This document shows, one piece after another, positions 28,524 through 40,027 of a DNA stretch of 64,000 bases. How positions within the stretch are numbered: position 1 is the stretch's first letter; every line of letters starts with the position of its first letter. The notes beneath the pieces were generated by a model. The model searched no databases, was not told the DNA's origin, and was given only the letters and a program-made list of their open reading frames with translations. The stretch is from Patescibacteria group bacterium UBA6241 (GTDB lineage Bacteria; Patescibacteriota; Minisyncoccia; Phycocordibacterales; Phycocordibacteraceae). The stretch lies in contig DJWB01000001.1 in the NCBI GenBank assembly GCA_002441425.1, forward strand, positions 15,087-79,086. The letters are read 5' to 3'. Both the position numbers and the translations under genes were made by a program.

Positions 28524-28991
28524 ATGGCTCGTCCCTCCGTTGGTTCCAAGGCTCCTGACTTCACACTGCTAGACCAAGACGGAGTAGCGCACACACTCTC
28601 TGCGTATCGCGGGTCAACAGTGCTTCTGTATTTCTATCCAAAGGACGATACACCTGGATGCACGAAGGAAGCATGCATGCTCCGTGACTCTTTTCCTAAT
28701 TTCTCTCAGAAGGAGGCGGTTATACTTGGGATTTCTCCAGACTCTGTGAAGAGCCATAAGAAGTTTGCTGAGAAGTATTCGCTCCCGTTCACACTGCTCG
28801 CTGATTCAGAAAAGGAGGTGGTTTCTCTATACGATGTGTGGGGGAAGAAGAAGTTTATGGGACGTGAATATGATGGAGTCTTCCGCACCTCGTTCCTTAT
28901 AAATCCAGAAGGAGATATAGCTAAGGTATACGAGAATGTGCGCCCAGAAGTGCATGCTGCAGAAGTGCTTGAAGATATTTCGCATGGCTGA
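28524..28991 (+). CDS. bcp: thiol peroxidase / peroxiredoxin Bcp
   Basis: YFYPKDDTPGCTKEAC peroxidatic cysteine motif, 155 aa. Confidence 0.8.
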   Translation: MARPSVGSKAPDFTLLDQDGVAHTLSAYRGSTVLLYFYPKDDTPGCTKEACMLRDSFPNFSQKEAVILGISPDSVKSHKKFAEKYSLPFTLLADSEKEVVSLYDVWGKKKFMGREYDGVFRTSFLINPEGDIAKVYENVRPEVHAAEVLEDISHG

Positions 28992-29664
28992 GCTTTTTGA
29001 AGATCCACATACACAAGAGCGAAGAGATCGTGCACAGAAGATCGTTCAGTATCTGAAACGAACGTATCCAGAACCTAAAACTGAGCTTGCGTACGAAACA
29101 CCATTCCAGCTGGCTGCAGCCGTTATATTGTCTGCGCAGTGCACGGACAAGAAAGTGAATGCAGTAACAGAAACGCTCTGGAAAAAGTATAGAACAGTTG
29201 ACGACTTCGCTGCTGCGTCTATAGCAACCTTTGCAAGAGAGACTGCATCCATAACGTTCCATCAATCAAAGGCAAAATACATTGTGTCTGCTGCACAAAT
29301 GATTCGCGACTCATTCAATGGAGAGGTGCCTCAAACAGAGAAAGAATTAGTACGGCTTCCGGGAGTGGCGTATAAGACTGCACACGTAATTCTTGGCGAA
29401 TTGTTTAGTATTTGGGAAGGTATCCCGACAGATACGCACGTCCGCAGGTTTGCCATACGTTTTGATCTTACTGACCGTATTGAACTTACGAAGATTTCCA
29501 AAGACCTTGAGAACCTCATACCAAAAACAGACTGGAAGTACGTTAATAACGGGTTTGTCTTGTATGGCAGATATGTCTGTCCTGCGCGCCCGCATCCCTG
29601 CGAAGAACACTCTTTGACCAAACTCTGGCCTCCTGCCGCTCATAGATGGCCTAAGGCGAAATAG
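28984..29664 (+). CDS. nth: endonuclease III (Nth) homolog lacking the full [4Fe-4S] Cys4 motif
   Basis: HhH-GPD motifs (LPGVAYKTAHVILG). The C-terminus has CPARPHPC followed by EEH instead of CxxCx5C. Overlaps bcp by 8 nt. Confidence 0.65.
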   Translation: MAELFEDPHTQERRDRAQKIVQYLKRTYPEPKTELAYETPFQLAAAVILSAQCTDKKVNAVTETLWKKYRTVDDFAAASIATFARETASITFHQSKAKYIVSAAQMIRDSFNGEVPQTEKELVRLPGVAYKTAHVILGELFSIWEGIPTDTHVRRFAIRFDLTDRIELTKISKDLENLIPKTDWKYVNNGFVLYGRYVCPARPHPCEEHSLTKLWPPAAHRWPKAK

Positions 29665-29678
29665 GGTACCATAGGGGT

Positions 29679-30362
29679 ATGAAGCGCCCTGTTGCAGTAT
29701 TTGATATAGACGGCACTCTGTACCGCTCATGCTTGCTCGCACAGCTTATGGAGGAGCTTGTTTCCCGCGAGCTCATGCCTAAGAGCGCACGTGCGAGTTT
29801 TGAAGGACTGATGTATGAGGATCTACATGCAAGCGACCACGCGCGCCTTATGAAAAAGGCAGTACGAGCTTTTGCATCTCATGCAAAAGGACTTTCATAC
29901 GGAGAGGTTGCTGACGTAGCGGGGGAGATCATTGAACGGGAACAAAAGAATGTCTTCAGATACACGAGGGATCTTGTGCATGAGCTAAAGGCATCTGGAC
30001 ACTTTCTTCTTGCCATTTCGCATTCACCTAAATTTATTGTTGACGGATTTGCGTACGAGCTTGGGTTTGACAAGTCATACGGGATTTTTTATGAGACGGG
30101 GGCAGCTTCTCGGTTTACGGGAGAGATAGAAGACGAACATGTAATTATGAACAAGGCATCAGTACTCACACGTGCACTTGAGAAAGAGGATCTTTCTTTA
30201 AACGGATCTGTAGGTGTGGGCGGATGGGAGAGCGATGTATCTATGCTTGCAATGGTTGAAGACGCTGTTGCGTTTAACCCGGATAGTCGCTTGTATAGGC
30301 ATGCAAAATCCAAGCTCTGGAAGATCATTGTTGAGCGAAAGGATGTCATTCACGAGTTTTGA
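29679..30362 (+). CDS. HAD-superfamily hydrolase (IB-like)
   Basis: VAVFDIDGTL motif I, downstream motifs consistent with HAD. Confidence 0.55.
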   Translation: MKRPVAVFDIDGTLYRSCLLAQLMEELVSRELMPKSARASFEGLMYEDLHASDHARLMKKAVRAFASHAKGLSYGEVADVAGEIIEREQKNVFRYTRDLVHELKASGHFLLAISHSPKFIVDGFAYELGFDKSYGIFYETGAASRFTGEIEDEHVIMNKASVLTRALEKEDLSLNGSVGVGGWESDVSMLAMVEDAVAFNPDSRLYRHAKSKLWKIIVERKDVIHEF

Positions 30363-30374
30363 TATACTACCTCT

Positions 30375-30590
30375 ATGAAAAAACTAACGAGAAGCAGAAC
30401 AGACTGTATGATCGCGGGAGTTCTCGGAGGGGTTGGGGAGTACTTACATGTTGATGGAAACATCGTACGCCTCATTTATCTACTTGTTATGCTCATAACA
30501 GGAATTGTTCCAGGTGTACTCGTCTACATACTTGCGTTCTTCATTCTCCCCGATGCACCAGTTTCAGTGCATGACTCCGCAAAAGTTTAG
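30375..30590 (+). CDS. PspC-domain membrane protein
   Basis: RSRTDCMIAGVLGGVGEYLHVDGNIVRLIYLL matches the PspC domain. Confidence 0.6.
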   Translation: MKKLTRSRTDCMIAGVLGGVGEYLHVDGNIVRLIYLLVMLITGIVPGVLVYILAFFILPDAPVSVHDSAKV

Positions 30591-31380
30591 AACGCTAGTC
30601 TTCGCGCACTACAAACGAGAGGGTAGGCACACCTTGCCCTGGAGACAGACGCAAGATCCGTACAACATTCTGGTCTCAGAAACGATGCTCCAGCAGACAC
30701 AGGTTGAGCGAGTTATTCCGTACTACCTTACATTTATAGAAACTTTTCCAACGGTTACGGACCTTGCAAAAGCTCCTTTATCTGAGGTCCTGCGTCTGTG
30801 GCAGGGACTTGGATATAACCGTCGTGCAAAGTACTTGAGAGACGCTGCTCAAGCAATCGTTGCGCACCATGGAGGAGTATTTCCAGACACTCCTGAAGCA
30901 CTCCAAGCACTCCCAGGCGTAGGACCCTATACGGCGCGTGCTGTATGTGCCTTTTCTTTCAATACAGACGTTGTATGTATTGAGACCAATATTCGTACCG
31001 CAGTTCTGCACCATTTCTTTTGCGACAAAGAGCAGGTATCAGACGCGGAAATCCTCGCGATTCTTGAGAAGGCGTTTCCTAAAGGAAGATCACGTGAATG
31101 GTATGCAGCGCTTATGGATTACGGGGCACACCTTAAACGAACAGGAAAATCCTTGAATACAAAGAGCAAAACGTATACTAAGCAAAAACCCTTTAAGGGA
31201 TCTCTAAGAGAAATACGGGGGAACATATTGCGTACGCTTGCGAATGCTCCGCAAACTAAGAATTCATTGCGTGCACTCTTTCCAGAAGATAGGACGCAAG
31301 AAGTAGACGCAGTGCTAGACGCACTTGTTGCTGAAGGATTGCTCAAAAGAAGCAAAGCAAAATATGCACTCGCTGATTAA
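30571..31380 (+). CDS. MutY-like adenine DNA glycosylase N-terminal (HhH-GPD) domain without Fe-S cluster loop or NUDIX-like C-domain
   Basis: LPWRQTQDPYNILVSETMLQQTQVERVIPYY...WQGLGYNRRAKYL...LPGVGPYTARAV is a strong MutY N-domain match. No Cys in the region where the cluster loop should be. Confidence 0.6.
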   Translation: MTPQKFRTLVFAHYKREGRHTLPWRQTQDPYNILVSETMLQQTQVERVIPYYLTFIETFPTVTDLAKAPLSEVLRLWQGLGYNRRAKYLRDAAQAIVAHHGGVFPDTPEALQALPGVGPYTARAVCAFSFNTDVVCIETNIRTAVLHHFFCDKEQVSDAEILAILEKAFPKGRSREWYAALMDYGAHLKRTGKSLNTKSKTYTKQKPFKGSLREIRGNILRTLANAPQTKNSLRALFPEDRTQEVDAVLDALVAEGLLKRSKAKYALAD

Positions 31381-32597
31381 CGGATGTCGTGGATCGCAAT
31401 AGCACTCACGACACCAAGGGCAATTATGAGAGCTCCAGAGAGAATGAAGAATATAAGATAGCTGCCAGAGAAGAGCACGAGACTTGCAAAGAGGGGAGCA
31501 AGCAGAGCTGCGAAAGGGCGCGTCATGCGAAAGACACTAATAGTATTCGCGTCTCGCTCGGTAACGCGTCTAAAGAAGTGTCCCTCAATCATGGCCTCAA
31601 CAAGTGCTGCGCCAATACGAGACATAAACAGAATCGCTGCAATAAGGAGAAGAGGAGTTGCAGCAGTTACGAATGCAAGCAGAGAGAAGAAGAATCCCGT
31701 AATAACAAATCCTGCCATAAGGAGTTCTTTGTCTCCAAGCCAGCGGTCTGCAATGTAGCCAGCGGGATATTCAACAAATACAAACGGAAGCAGCATGATT
31801 GCAAATATCCATCCCAGATCGCTCCAGGCAATACCAAGTGCAGTGTGCAAGTACAGGGACGTGTAGAGCGGTGCGAGATGGTAAAAGAACTGAAGCACAG
31901 CGTTTCCAATAGCAGCAGCACGCAAATCCTTATCTGCCCAAATACAGCGGCAGGTAAGTGCAACCTTCGTTGCGTCATGTGGCTTTGGCTCAGGTGCACG
32001 CTCAAAGAGAAACAGTGTTATGAAAGGAGCTAAAAGAATAGCTGCCGCTAGAAATACACGAGAGTAGTTTTCCGTACCGTCTAGCAAAAGCCCGATGGCG
32101 AGTGGCGCAAGCACTAGTGCAAGATTCGCTGCAGTGAGAAACAGGGTGCGTACACGGCCAGTAGTTGCTTCTTCCTGTACCGTTGCTTCAAGCAGCAAAT
32201 CAAGCTGGTACCCAATGAAAGGTGCAATCGCACATGCACTTGCGATAAAGATAATCGCGGGAATGAGTCCTGGACTAACTGCAAGGCTCGCAAGAATAAC
32301 TGCCTCAAGAGAGGTAAGTACAAGGGCAACACGACGAGCTCCAAACCGTGTCGTTATCTTTGGCATTAAAGGGAACAGTGCAAGCGTGAACACTGCACCG
32401 AGTGAGACCACTAGTCCTGTTTGTGCAGCGGGCATGTATAGCGCTAAATACGGCGCAATAATATATACAATCAAAAAGAAATGCCCGGCTGCGAAGAAAT
32501 TGCCGATAGAAAGAACTAAGCGAGGGCTCATGATAAAAGATTGTAGCACCCCTAAACAACAAACTGCCGCATTGCTGCGGCAGTTTGTTTGCTTCAA
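31377..32597 (-). CDS. MFS transporter
   Basis: 406 aa with 12 predicted TMs. Confidence 0.55.
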   Translation of the reverse strand: MKQTNCRSNAAVCCLGVLQSFIMSPRLVLSIGNFFAAGHFFLIVYIIAPYLALYMPAAQTGLVVSLGAVFTLALFPLMPKITTRFGARRVALVLTSLEAVILASLAVSPGLIPAIIFIASACAIAPFIGYQLDLLLEATVQEEATTGRVRTLFLTAANLALVLAPLAIGLLLDGTENYSRVFLAAAILLAPFITLFLFERAPEPKPHDATKVALTCRCIWADKDLRAAAIGNAVLQFFYHLAPLYTSLYLHTALGIAWSDLGWIFAIMLLPFVFVEYPAGYIADRWLGDKELLMAGFVITGFFFSLLAFVTAATPLLLIAAILFMSRIGAALVEAMIEGHFFRRVTERDANTISVFRMTRPFAALLAPLFASLVLFSGSYLIFFILSGALIIALGVVSAIAIHDIR

Positions 32598-32609
32598 GAA
32601 TCTGTTTTC

Positions 32610-34541
32610 CTAAACTCCGATGAGAACAGGAATAACCATAGGCGCCTTGTTGGTTCTCGTGAAGAGATATCCGGCCATGGTGTCTGAGAGTGCGTTCTTT
32701 ACGTAATCCAGATCAACCGGGTTCATACCTTCAGTTGAATCCTCAACCGTCTTCTTAATCAAAAGACGAGCCTGGTTAAGCATTTCCTGATTCTCACGAA
32801 GATATACGAATCCGCGAGAGATAATATCTGGAGACTTGCGAAGCTTTCCTGTCTTAAGGTTAACGGTTGCGATGATAACAAACATACCGTCCTTGGCGAG
32901 CATCTGGCGGTCACGAATAACCACCTCCTGCAGGTCGCCAATAGAGAATCCGTCCACTACAAGTGGTGCTGAAGGCACCTTCTGCTTGTGGTAGTTAAGC
33001 TTCTCTCCACCTTCCTCAATATCAATAACCATACCGTTATCGGCAAGGATGATTGATTCGCGAGGGCGTCCTGCTTGCTCAACTGCACGCGCATGACTTG
33101 CAGTCATTGAGTAGTAGCCGTAGGCAGGCATGAAGTACTTAGCGCCAACTTGCTGGTTAATCCAAATCAGCTCGCCAGTGTTTCCGTGTCCTGTTGAGTG
33201 CACGTCACTTGAGCGGTAGTGAATGAGGGTTACACCGTTGCGGTACAAGTTGTCCTTTAGCTTCTGCACTGAGATTTCGTTCCCAGGAATAACAGAAGAG
33301 GAAAGCACGATAGTATCGCGGTTGTTCAGCACAATGCTTTTGTGCTGCTTGGTTGCAATACGCATAAGCGCAGCAAACTCTTCTCCCTGAGCTCCGGTTG
33401 AGAGAATAACAATTTTGTCTGGAGGATAATCTCCAATCTCCTGAGAGCTGATGATCGTGTCCTTCTTAACAGTAAGAAGTCCTGTCTTCTGTGCAATCTC
33501 AAGGTTGGTCTTAATAGATCGTCCTTCAGTGATTACTTTCTTTCCTAGTGACTCAGAGATCTCAATGATGCGTACCATGCGCTCAAACTGAGACGCGAAG
33601 GTTCCGATAATGAGTCGCCCCTTAACGGTACGAATAATCTCTTCAAGAGTCTCATGCACTTTGCGCTCAGGCACTGAGAATCCGTCACGTTCAGCGTTAG
33701 TTGAGTCTGCAATGAAGAGCAAGTTCTTTTGCTTTCCAAGTGCTCCCCATTTCTTTGCTTCAGTTTCGGTTGGAATACCGTTCTCATGGTCAAGCTTAAG
33801 GTCTCCTGTTGCAATAACGTTTCCGTATGGTGTCTCAATCGCAATACCCATTGAGTCTGGGATTGAGTGTGTAACCGGGAAGAACTGCACTTTTGTGGAG
33901 CCAATAGTCATGGTTGATCCAGGCTCAACAGTCACAATATTTAGTTCTGGTTGATCAGGATATTCTTCCTGTCGCTTCTTGATCATCACTGCAGAAAGGT
34001 TCTGCGTGTAGATGGTCGGATTACCCATACGATTCATAAGGAAGGGAATACCTCCAATATGGTCTAGGTGTCCGTGTGTGATGAATACTCCGCGAATGCG
34101 GTCTTGGTTCATCTCAAGGTAGCGGGTGTTTGGAAGGACGTAATCAACGCCAGGAGAGGTGTCCTCAGACACAAACTGGAATCCAACGTCAAAGACAAAG
34201 ATGTCGCCATTGGTTTCAATGGTGAACATGTTGCGTCCAACCTCTTCAACTCCTCCAAGAGGAACAACACGGACCACGTCCTTTCCAGGAGCCTCAGGGA
34301 AGTAATCCGGAGCCTTCTTAACAGGAGCAGGATGATTCCCGGTCTGTGGACCGCCTGGGCGGCGCATAGTGCGCTTGGCTGGTCGTCCGCTGCGAGGAGC
34401 CCCTCCTTCTTTTCCTCGTGTACGAGGACGTTGAGGGCGGGCACCATCAGTGCGTCCCTCTGTGCGAGGAGCGGCACTTGGTGCAGAGTGCGCTGCGCGG
34501 CCGTGTGGGGCAGGCGCCGGCGCTGGTGCGGGTGCTGACAT
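32610..34541 (-). CDS. rnj: ribonuclease J (beta-CASP metallo-beta-lactamase RNase) with Ala/Pro/Arg-rich N-terminal extension
   Basis: HGHLDHIGG motif, beta-CASP motifs, C-terminal domain. The N-terminal ~100 aa are low-complexity. Confidence 0.8.
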   Translation of the reverse strand: MSAPAPAPAPAPHGRAAHSAPSAAPRTEGRTDGARPQRPRTRGKEGGAPRSGRPAKRTMRRPGGPQTGNHPAPVKKAPDYFPEAPGKDVVRVVPLGGVEEVGRNMFTIETNGDIFVFDVGFQFVSEDTSPGVDYVLPNTRYLEMNQDRIRGVFITHGHLDHIGGIPFLMNRMGNPTIYTQNLSAVMIKKRQEEYPDQPELNIVTVEPGSTMTIGSTKVQFFPVTHSIPDSMGIAIETPYGNVIATGDLKLDHENGIPTETEAKKWGALGKQKNLLFIADSTNAERDGFSVPERKVHETLEEIIRTVKGRLIIGTFASQFERMVRIIEISESLGKKVITEGRSIKTNLEIAQKTGLLTVKKDTIISSQEIGDYPPDKIVILSTGAQGEEFAALMRIATKQHKSIVLNNRDTIVLSSSVIPGNEISVQKLKDNLYRNGVTLIHYRSSDVHSTGHGNTGELIWINQQVGAKYFMPAYGYYSMTASHARAVEQAGRPRESIILADNGMVIDIEEGGEKLNYHKQKVPSAPLVVDGFSIGDLQEVVIRDRQMLAKDGMFVIIATVNLKTGKLRKSPDIISRGFVYLRENQEMLNQARLLIKKTVEDSTEGMNPVDLDYVKNALSDTMAGYLFTRTNKAPMVIPVLIGV

Positions 34542-34652
34542 AGCAATAATAATTAATTTTAAATAATAAACATTAGATGCACACCGTGTTTTGGTGTCAG
34601 TGCGCAGTAGATAATCGGGAGAACGGAATTCTCTAAACTATCAACTGAGCAC

Positions 34653-36368
34653 TCACTGAGAAACAAGAAATGGCCACACGAGTTCGCTTCGGCGGTACCA
34701 CGTATGGACAGCAGCGAAACGGTCTGCGGGTGCGGTTATCTGTACAAGACGGATACCCTGCACGCTTTGAGGCACAGCATACAGGAAGTCAGGGGCATGC
34801 GTAAAGGCCGCTGGGTATTCGCTTGCTATAAGATCTGATAGTTTCTGCAGATCTGCTCGCGCAATCTCTGGATTTAGCTCAACGCGAGCACTCTCAAGCA
34901 ACGTATCAACGCTGCGGTTCGCATACCCTGCGATGTTAAGACCAGGATCGCTGCGCTCTCCTGAATCCCAGAACGCAAAGAGGTCCTGGTCTCTGCCGAT
35001 AACCATGCCAAAGAGAAGTACTTCGTATGCACGTGGGCGAATAACAGATGAAGTAAGATCTCCTGGCTCGTACAATTCAATCTCTGTATTTACTCCGAGA
35101 CGCTCCCAGTCACTTTCAATGCTTGCAGCAACTGCCTTAAGCTCAGGAACATTTGAGGTCTTAAGCGTTACGCTCTCAAGTGTGAGTTTCTCCTTGGTAT
35201 TCTCCCAGACTCCTGTTTCTGAATCCTGCTCCCAACCATTCTCTTCAAGAAGCTCTGTTGCAAGCAATACACCGTCTTCAACCGGAATCTCAGGCTGCGT
35301 AATGCCGCTGCCGGGAGGGACCGGACCAAAGAGCGGAGTTGCGTTTCCTCCGAGTGCGGAATCAACAAGTGTTTTGCGATCAATGGCGAGTGAGAGCGCT
35401 TCACGCACTTCAATCTGAGCAAACACTGGATTTTCATCTGCATTAAAGAACGCACCAAATACACGAGAGTAGGGAACACGAAGTGCACCCGGAGTGTTTA
35501 TGCCGTACGCACTTTCAACAACTCCTCTGCGGTATGCACTTGCGAGTGCTTCTGTGCTGTCGTAAAAGCGTAGCAAGATACGATCTAGGTACGGGCGCCC
35601 AAGTGCGTATTTAGAAAACGCACGGAGTTCGTAACTTGTAATAGTGCCTTTCTTTCCGCGTGTCACATTCACCACCTGGAAAGGACCTGCACCAACAGGC
35701 TCCGTCATGAGGGGAGAGAAGGGGAACTCCTCAACAGGAATGTTTCTCCACAAATGAGCAGGAAGAACTCCGAGTGTTGTGTCTACGAGGAAGGGTGCGT
35801 ACGGCTTCGGAAGCAAGAAGCGTACGGTACGCGCGTCCACAATCTCTGCCTTAATGTTTGCCCAGTTCGCAAGCTCAGGACTCTTAAGTGTGGGATCCTG
35901 TGCTTTCTCAACCGTAAAGACAACGTCTTCTGCAGTAACGGGTGTGTTGTCAGAGAAGCGCGCATTAGAGCGGAGTGTGAAAAGGTATTCCTTTCCGTCT
36001 TCAGAAACACTGTAGCTCTCTGCAAGTACGGGGATCAGTGTCCCATCTGGTGCAACTCCCATAAGGCCTGCGTAGGTGAGTGCAGTAAGATCGCGGTCTG
36101 CATCAGTGAGTGCGAGAAGGGGATTCACAAAACGAGGTGAGCCAACAATACCCTCAGTTAGGCTTCCTCCTCGTGCGGGGACTTCAACTAACAGAGAGCG
36201 CTCAAGTGCGTACAACCCAAGAAGACTTGAAGCTAATACAAAGATTCCCAAGATGCTTACGATGAGCTTGTCTCCGTAGGAAAGGGAACGGATATGTGCT
36301 GAAAGCGCCTCAAGCCAAGGGATAGGCTGGCGAGTACGCAACAGGGTAAAGAGGGAAGAAAGTCGCAT
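34653..36368 (-). CDS. ABC transporter substrate-binding protein (family 5, peptide/nickel type) with N-terminal membrane anchor
   Basis: 571 aa. Family-5 SBP-like size and motifs. N-terminal TM. Confidence 0.5.
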   Translation of the reverse strand: MRLSSLFTLLRTRQPIPWLEALSAHIRSLSYGDKLIVSILGIFVLASSLLGLYALERSLLVEVPARGGSLTEGIVGSPRFVNPLLALTDADRDLTALTYAGLMGVAPDGTLIPVLAESYSVSEDGKEYLFTLRSNARFSDNTPVTAEDVVFTVEKAQDPTLKSPELANWANIKAEIVDARTVRFLLPKPYAPFLVDTTLGVLPAHLWRNIPVEEFPFSPLMTEPVGAGPFQVVNVTRGKKGTITSYELRAFSKYALGRPYLDRILLRFYDSTEALASAYRRGVVESAYGINTPGALRVPYSRVFGAFFNADENPVFAQIEVREALSLAIDRKTLVDSALGGNATPLFGPVPPGSGITQPEIPVEDGVLLATELLEENGWEQDSETGVWENTKEKLTLESVTLKTSNVPELKAVAASIESDWERLGVNTEIELYEPGDLTSSVIRPRAYEVLLFGMVIGRDQDLFAFWDSGERSDPGLNIAGYANRSVDTLLESARVELNPEIARADLQKLSDLIASEYPAAFTHAPDFLYAVPQSVQGIRLVQITAPADRFAAVHTWYRRSELVWPFLVSQ

Positions 36369-36390
36369 ACGCGACGAAAGGGTCTAAAGG

Positions 36391-36621
36391 TTAGACAAAG
36401 AGTCCGGCAATAGCCGCAAGCACAAATAGCACTGCAAGCACAATGGTGGCATTAAAGAGAAACTTCTCAGCGCCACGACGCTTGTAAAACGTTGAGGCAA
36501 AGTTGTCGCCACCAAAAGCTCCTCCAAGGGAAGCGCCGCGATTTTGCAGCACGATACCTGTTATGAGTAGCAAGGCGAGTGCTATTTGGATGTAGGGCAG
36601 ATATGCCAAAAGAGTCTCCAT
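36391..36621 (-). CDS. secG: preprotein translocase subunit SecG
   Basis: Two TMs flanking the glycine-rich loop LQNRGASLGGAFGG. Confidence 0.6.
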   Translation of the reverse strand: METLLAYLPYIQIALALLLITGIVLQNRGASLGGAFGGDNFASTFYKRRGAEKFLFNATIVLAVLFVLAAIAGLFV

Positions 36622-36711
36622 CGGTGCCTTGGAGAATAGCATGTGGACGGGTACTGGGCAATGGACTTCTGTATAATTTGTTTAGGAAACAAAAGGAGAC
36701 TTGAGTCAAGT

Positions 36712-36739
36712 TTGACGCTATATGCTCGCGCTCTATACT
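36712..36739 (+). promoter_or_regulatory. sigma70-like promoter TTGACG-N16-TATACT upstream of groES
   Basis: Hexamers at 36712-36717 and 36734-36739. No CIRCE inverted repeat was recognised. Confidence 0.35.
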
Positions 36740-36820
36740 GTGGATAACTTTGGGCGAGGGAACTCGCACCAAGTGAATGGGTGTTTTGTTAACAGAACCG
36801 CATAAGCGAATACTTTTCCT

Positions 36821-38801
<1,981 letters not shown>

Positions 38802-38821
38802 GAAACACACAGGCAAGAAAA

Positions 38822-38853
38822 AACGCCCTGGTCCGAATGTGGACTGGGGCGTT
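38822..38853 (+). terminator. hairpin terminator after groEL
   Basis: ACGCCCTGGTCC-GAATGT-GGACTGGGGCGT followed by a T-rich stretch. Confidence 0.5.
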
Positions 38854-38876
38854 TGTGATTTGGTGTTGGGGTGCGA

Positions 38877-39035
38877 CTACTTGTTGTTGCTCTTGGTGCT
38901 GTCTATGTGCCGCACGAAAGCTTCCAGGACTCCGATCGCAATCACGATCGCAAACGCTATGTAGCAGATCGCAGGGACAGCTGCCAGCACCATGTCAGCC
39001 AGGTGGTCGGTAACCCCGTCCAAATTAATGTGCAT
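38877..39035 (-). CDS. small hydrophobic protein (52 aa) in a locally GC-rich patch
   Basis: Minus-strand ORF MHINLDGVTDHLADMVLAAVPAICYIAFAIVIAIGVLEAFVRHIDSTKSNNK with SD GAGGAGG 7-12 nt upstream. One TM. Confidence 0.3.
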   Translation of the reverse strand: MHINLDGVTDHLADMVLAAVPAICYIAFAIVIAIGVLEAFVRHIDSTKSNNK

Positions 39036-39127
39036 GTTCCGCTCCTCCTCGCTCAAGACCCTACACCCAACCATAGGGTTCTGTAAACCGCTTGCATACA
39101 TTTTGTAGCGCTCTACAATGTAGGTAT

Positions 39128-39688
39128 ATGACTATTCTTTATATTGTATTAGGGCTTCTCGTACTCATCGTGCTCTGGGTAGTAGTTTCCTATAACGGAT
39201 TTATTAGCCTACGCAATCGCGCGAAGGAAGCATGGTCTGATATTGAGGTTCAGATGAAAAGGCGCTATGACCTTATCCCTAACCTTATTGAAACAGTTAA
39301 GGGATATGCAACGCATGAGAGCGGAACATTGCAACAGGTAACTGAGGCAAGAACTGCTGCTATGAATGCAGGGACAGTAGAGCAGCATGCTGCTGCTGAG
39401 AATATGCTCACCGGAGCACTTAAGTCTCTCTTTGCAGTGTCTGAAAGCTATCCAGACCTTAAGGCAAATACAAACTTCTTGGAGCTACAGCGCGAGCTCT
39501 CTGACACCGAGAACAAGATCATGGCTTCACGCCGCTTCTACAACACTACGGTGCAGACCCTTAACACTGCGATTGAGCAGTTCCCGGGGAATGTTATTGC
39601 CGGCATGTTTGCCTTTAAGCAGATGAGTTTGTTTGAACTCACTGAGGGAGAGGAGGCTGCACGCGAGCCCGTTAAAGTTGCCTTCTAA
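39128..39688 (+). CDS. lemA: LemA family membrane protein
   Basis: N-terminal TM plus GFISLRNRAKEAWSDIEVQMKRRYDLIPNL, characteristic of LemA. Confidence 0.75.
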   Translation: MTILYIVLGLLVLIVLWVVVSYNGFISLRNRAKEAWSDIEVQMKRRYDLIPNLIETVKGYATHESGTLQQVTEARTAAMNAGTVEQHAAAENMLTGALKSLFAVSESYPDLKANTNFLELQRELSDTENKIMASRRFYNTTVQTLNTAIEQFPGNVIAGMFAFKQMSLFELTEGEEAAREPVKVAF

Positions 39689-39693
39689 AACTC

Positions 39694-40005
39694 ATGCTTA
39701 AAGACGCCCAGAAACAAATTGATGACTGGGCACAGGGATTTAAGGATCCGTACTGGCCACCGCTCGCACAGCTTGCTGCACTCACTGAAGAAGTTGGGGA
39801 AGTTGCTCGTCTCCTAAACCACATGTACGGGCCCAAGCAAAAGAAAGCAGAGGAAGCTGCGCAAGAACTTGGAGAGGAGATCGCAGACGTCATGTTTGCT
39901 GCTATGTGCCTTGCAAACAGACATGGAATAGATCTGGACGCTGAGTTCGCAAAGAAGATGGACAAGTGCTACGGACGAGACAAGGATAGGTTTGAAAAGA
40001 AGTAA
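39694..40005 (+). CDS. MazG-like nucleotide pyrophosphohydrolase (YpjD-type)
   Basis: EELGEVAR...EExADVMFAAMCLAN EExxE/D motifs and ~100-aa length. Confidence 0.65.
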   Translation: MLKDAQKQIDDWAQGFKDPYWPPLAQLAALTEEVGEVARLLNHMYGPKQKKAEEAAQELGEEIADVMFAAMCLANRHGIDLDAEFAKKMDKCYGRDKDRFEKK

Positions 40006-40027
40006 GAACATAACCGTCTATATAGCT

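Noticed and set aside
36643-36820. Search for a CIRCE (HrcA) operator TTAGCACTC-N9-GAGTGCTAA upstream of groES
   Set aside because: Only a weak 5-bp inverted repeat (GCGAG...CTCGC) is present and there is no CIRCE-like sequence. Just a sigma70-like promoter is reported.
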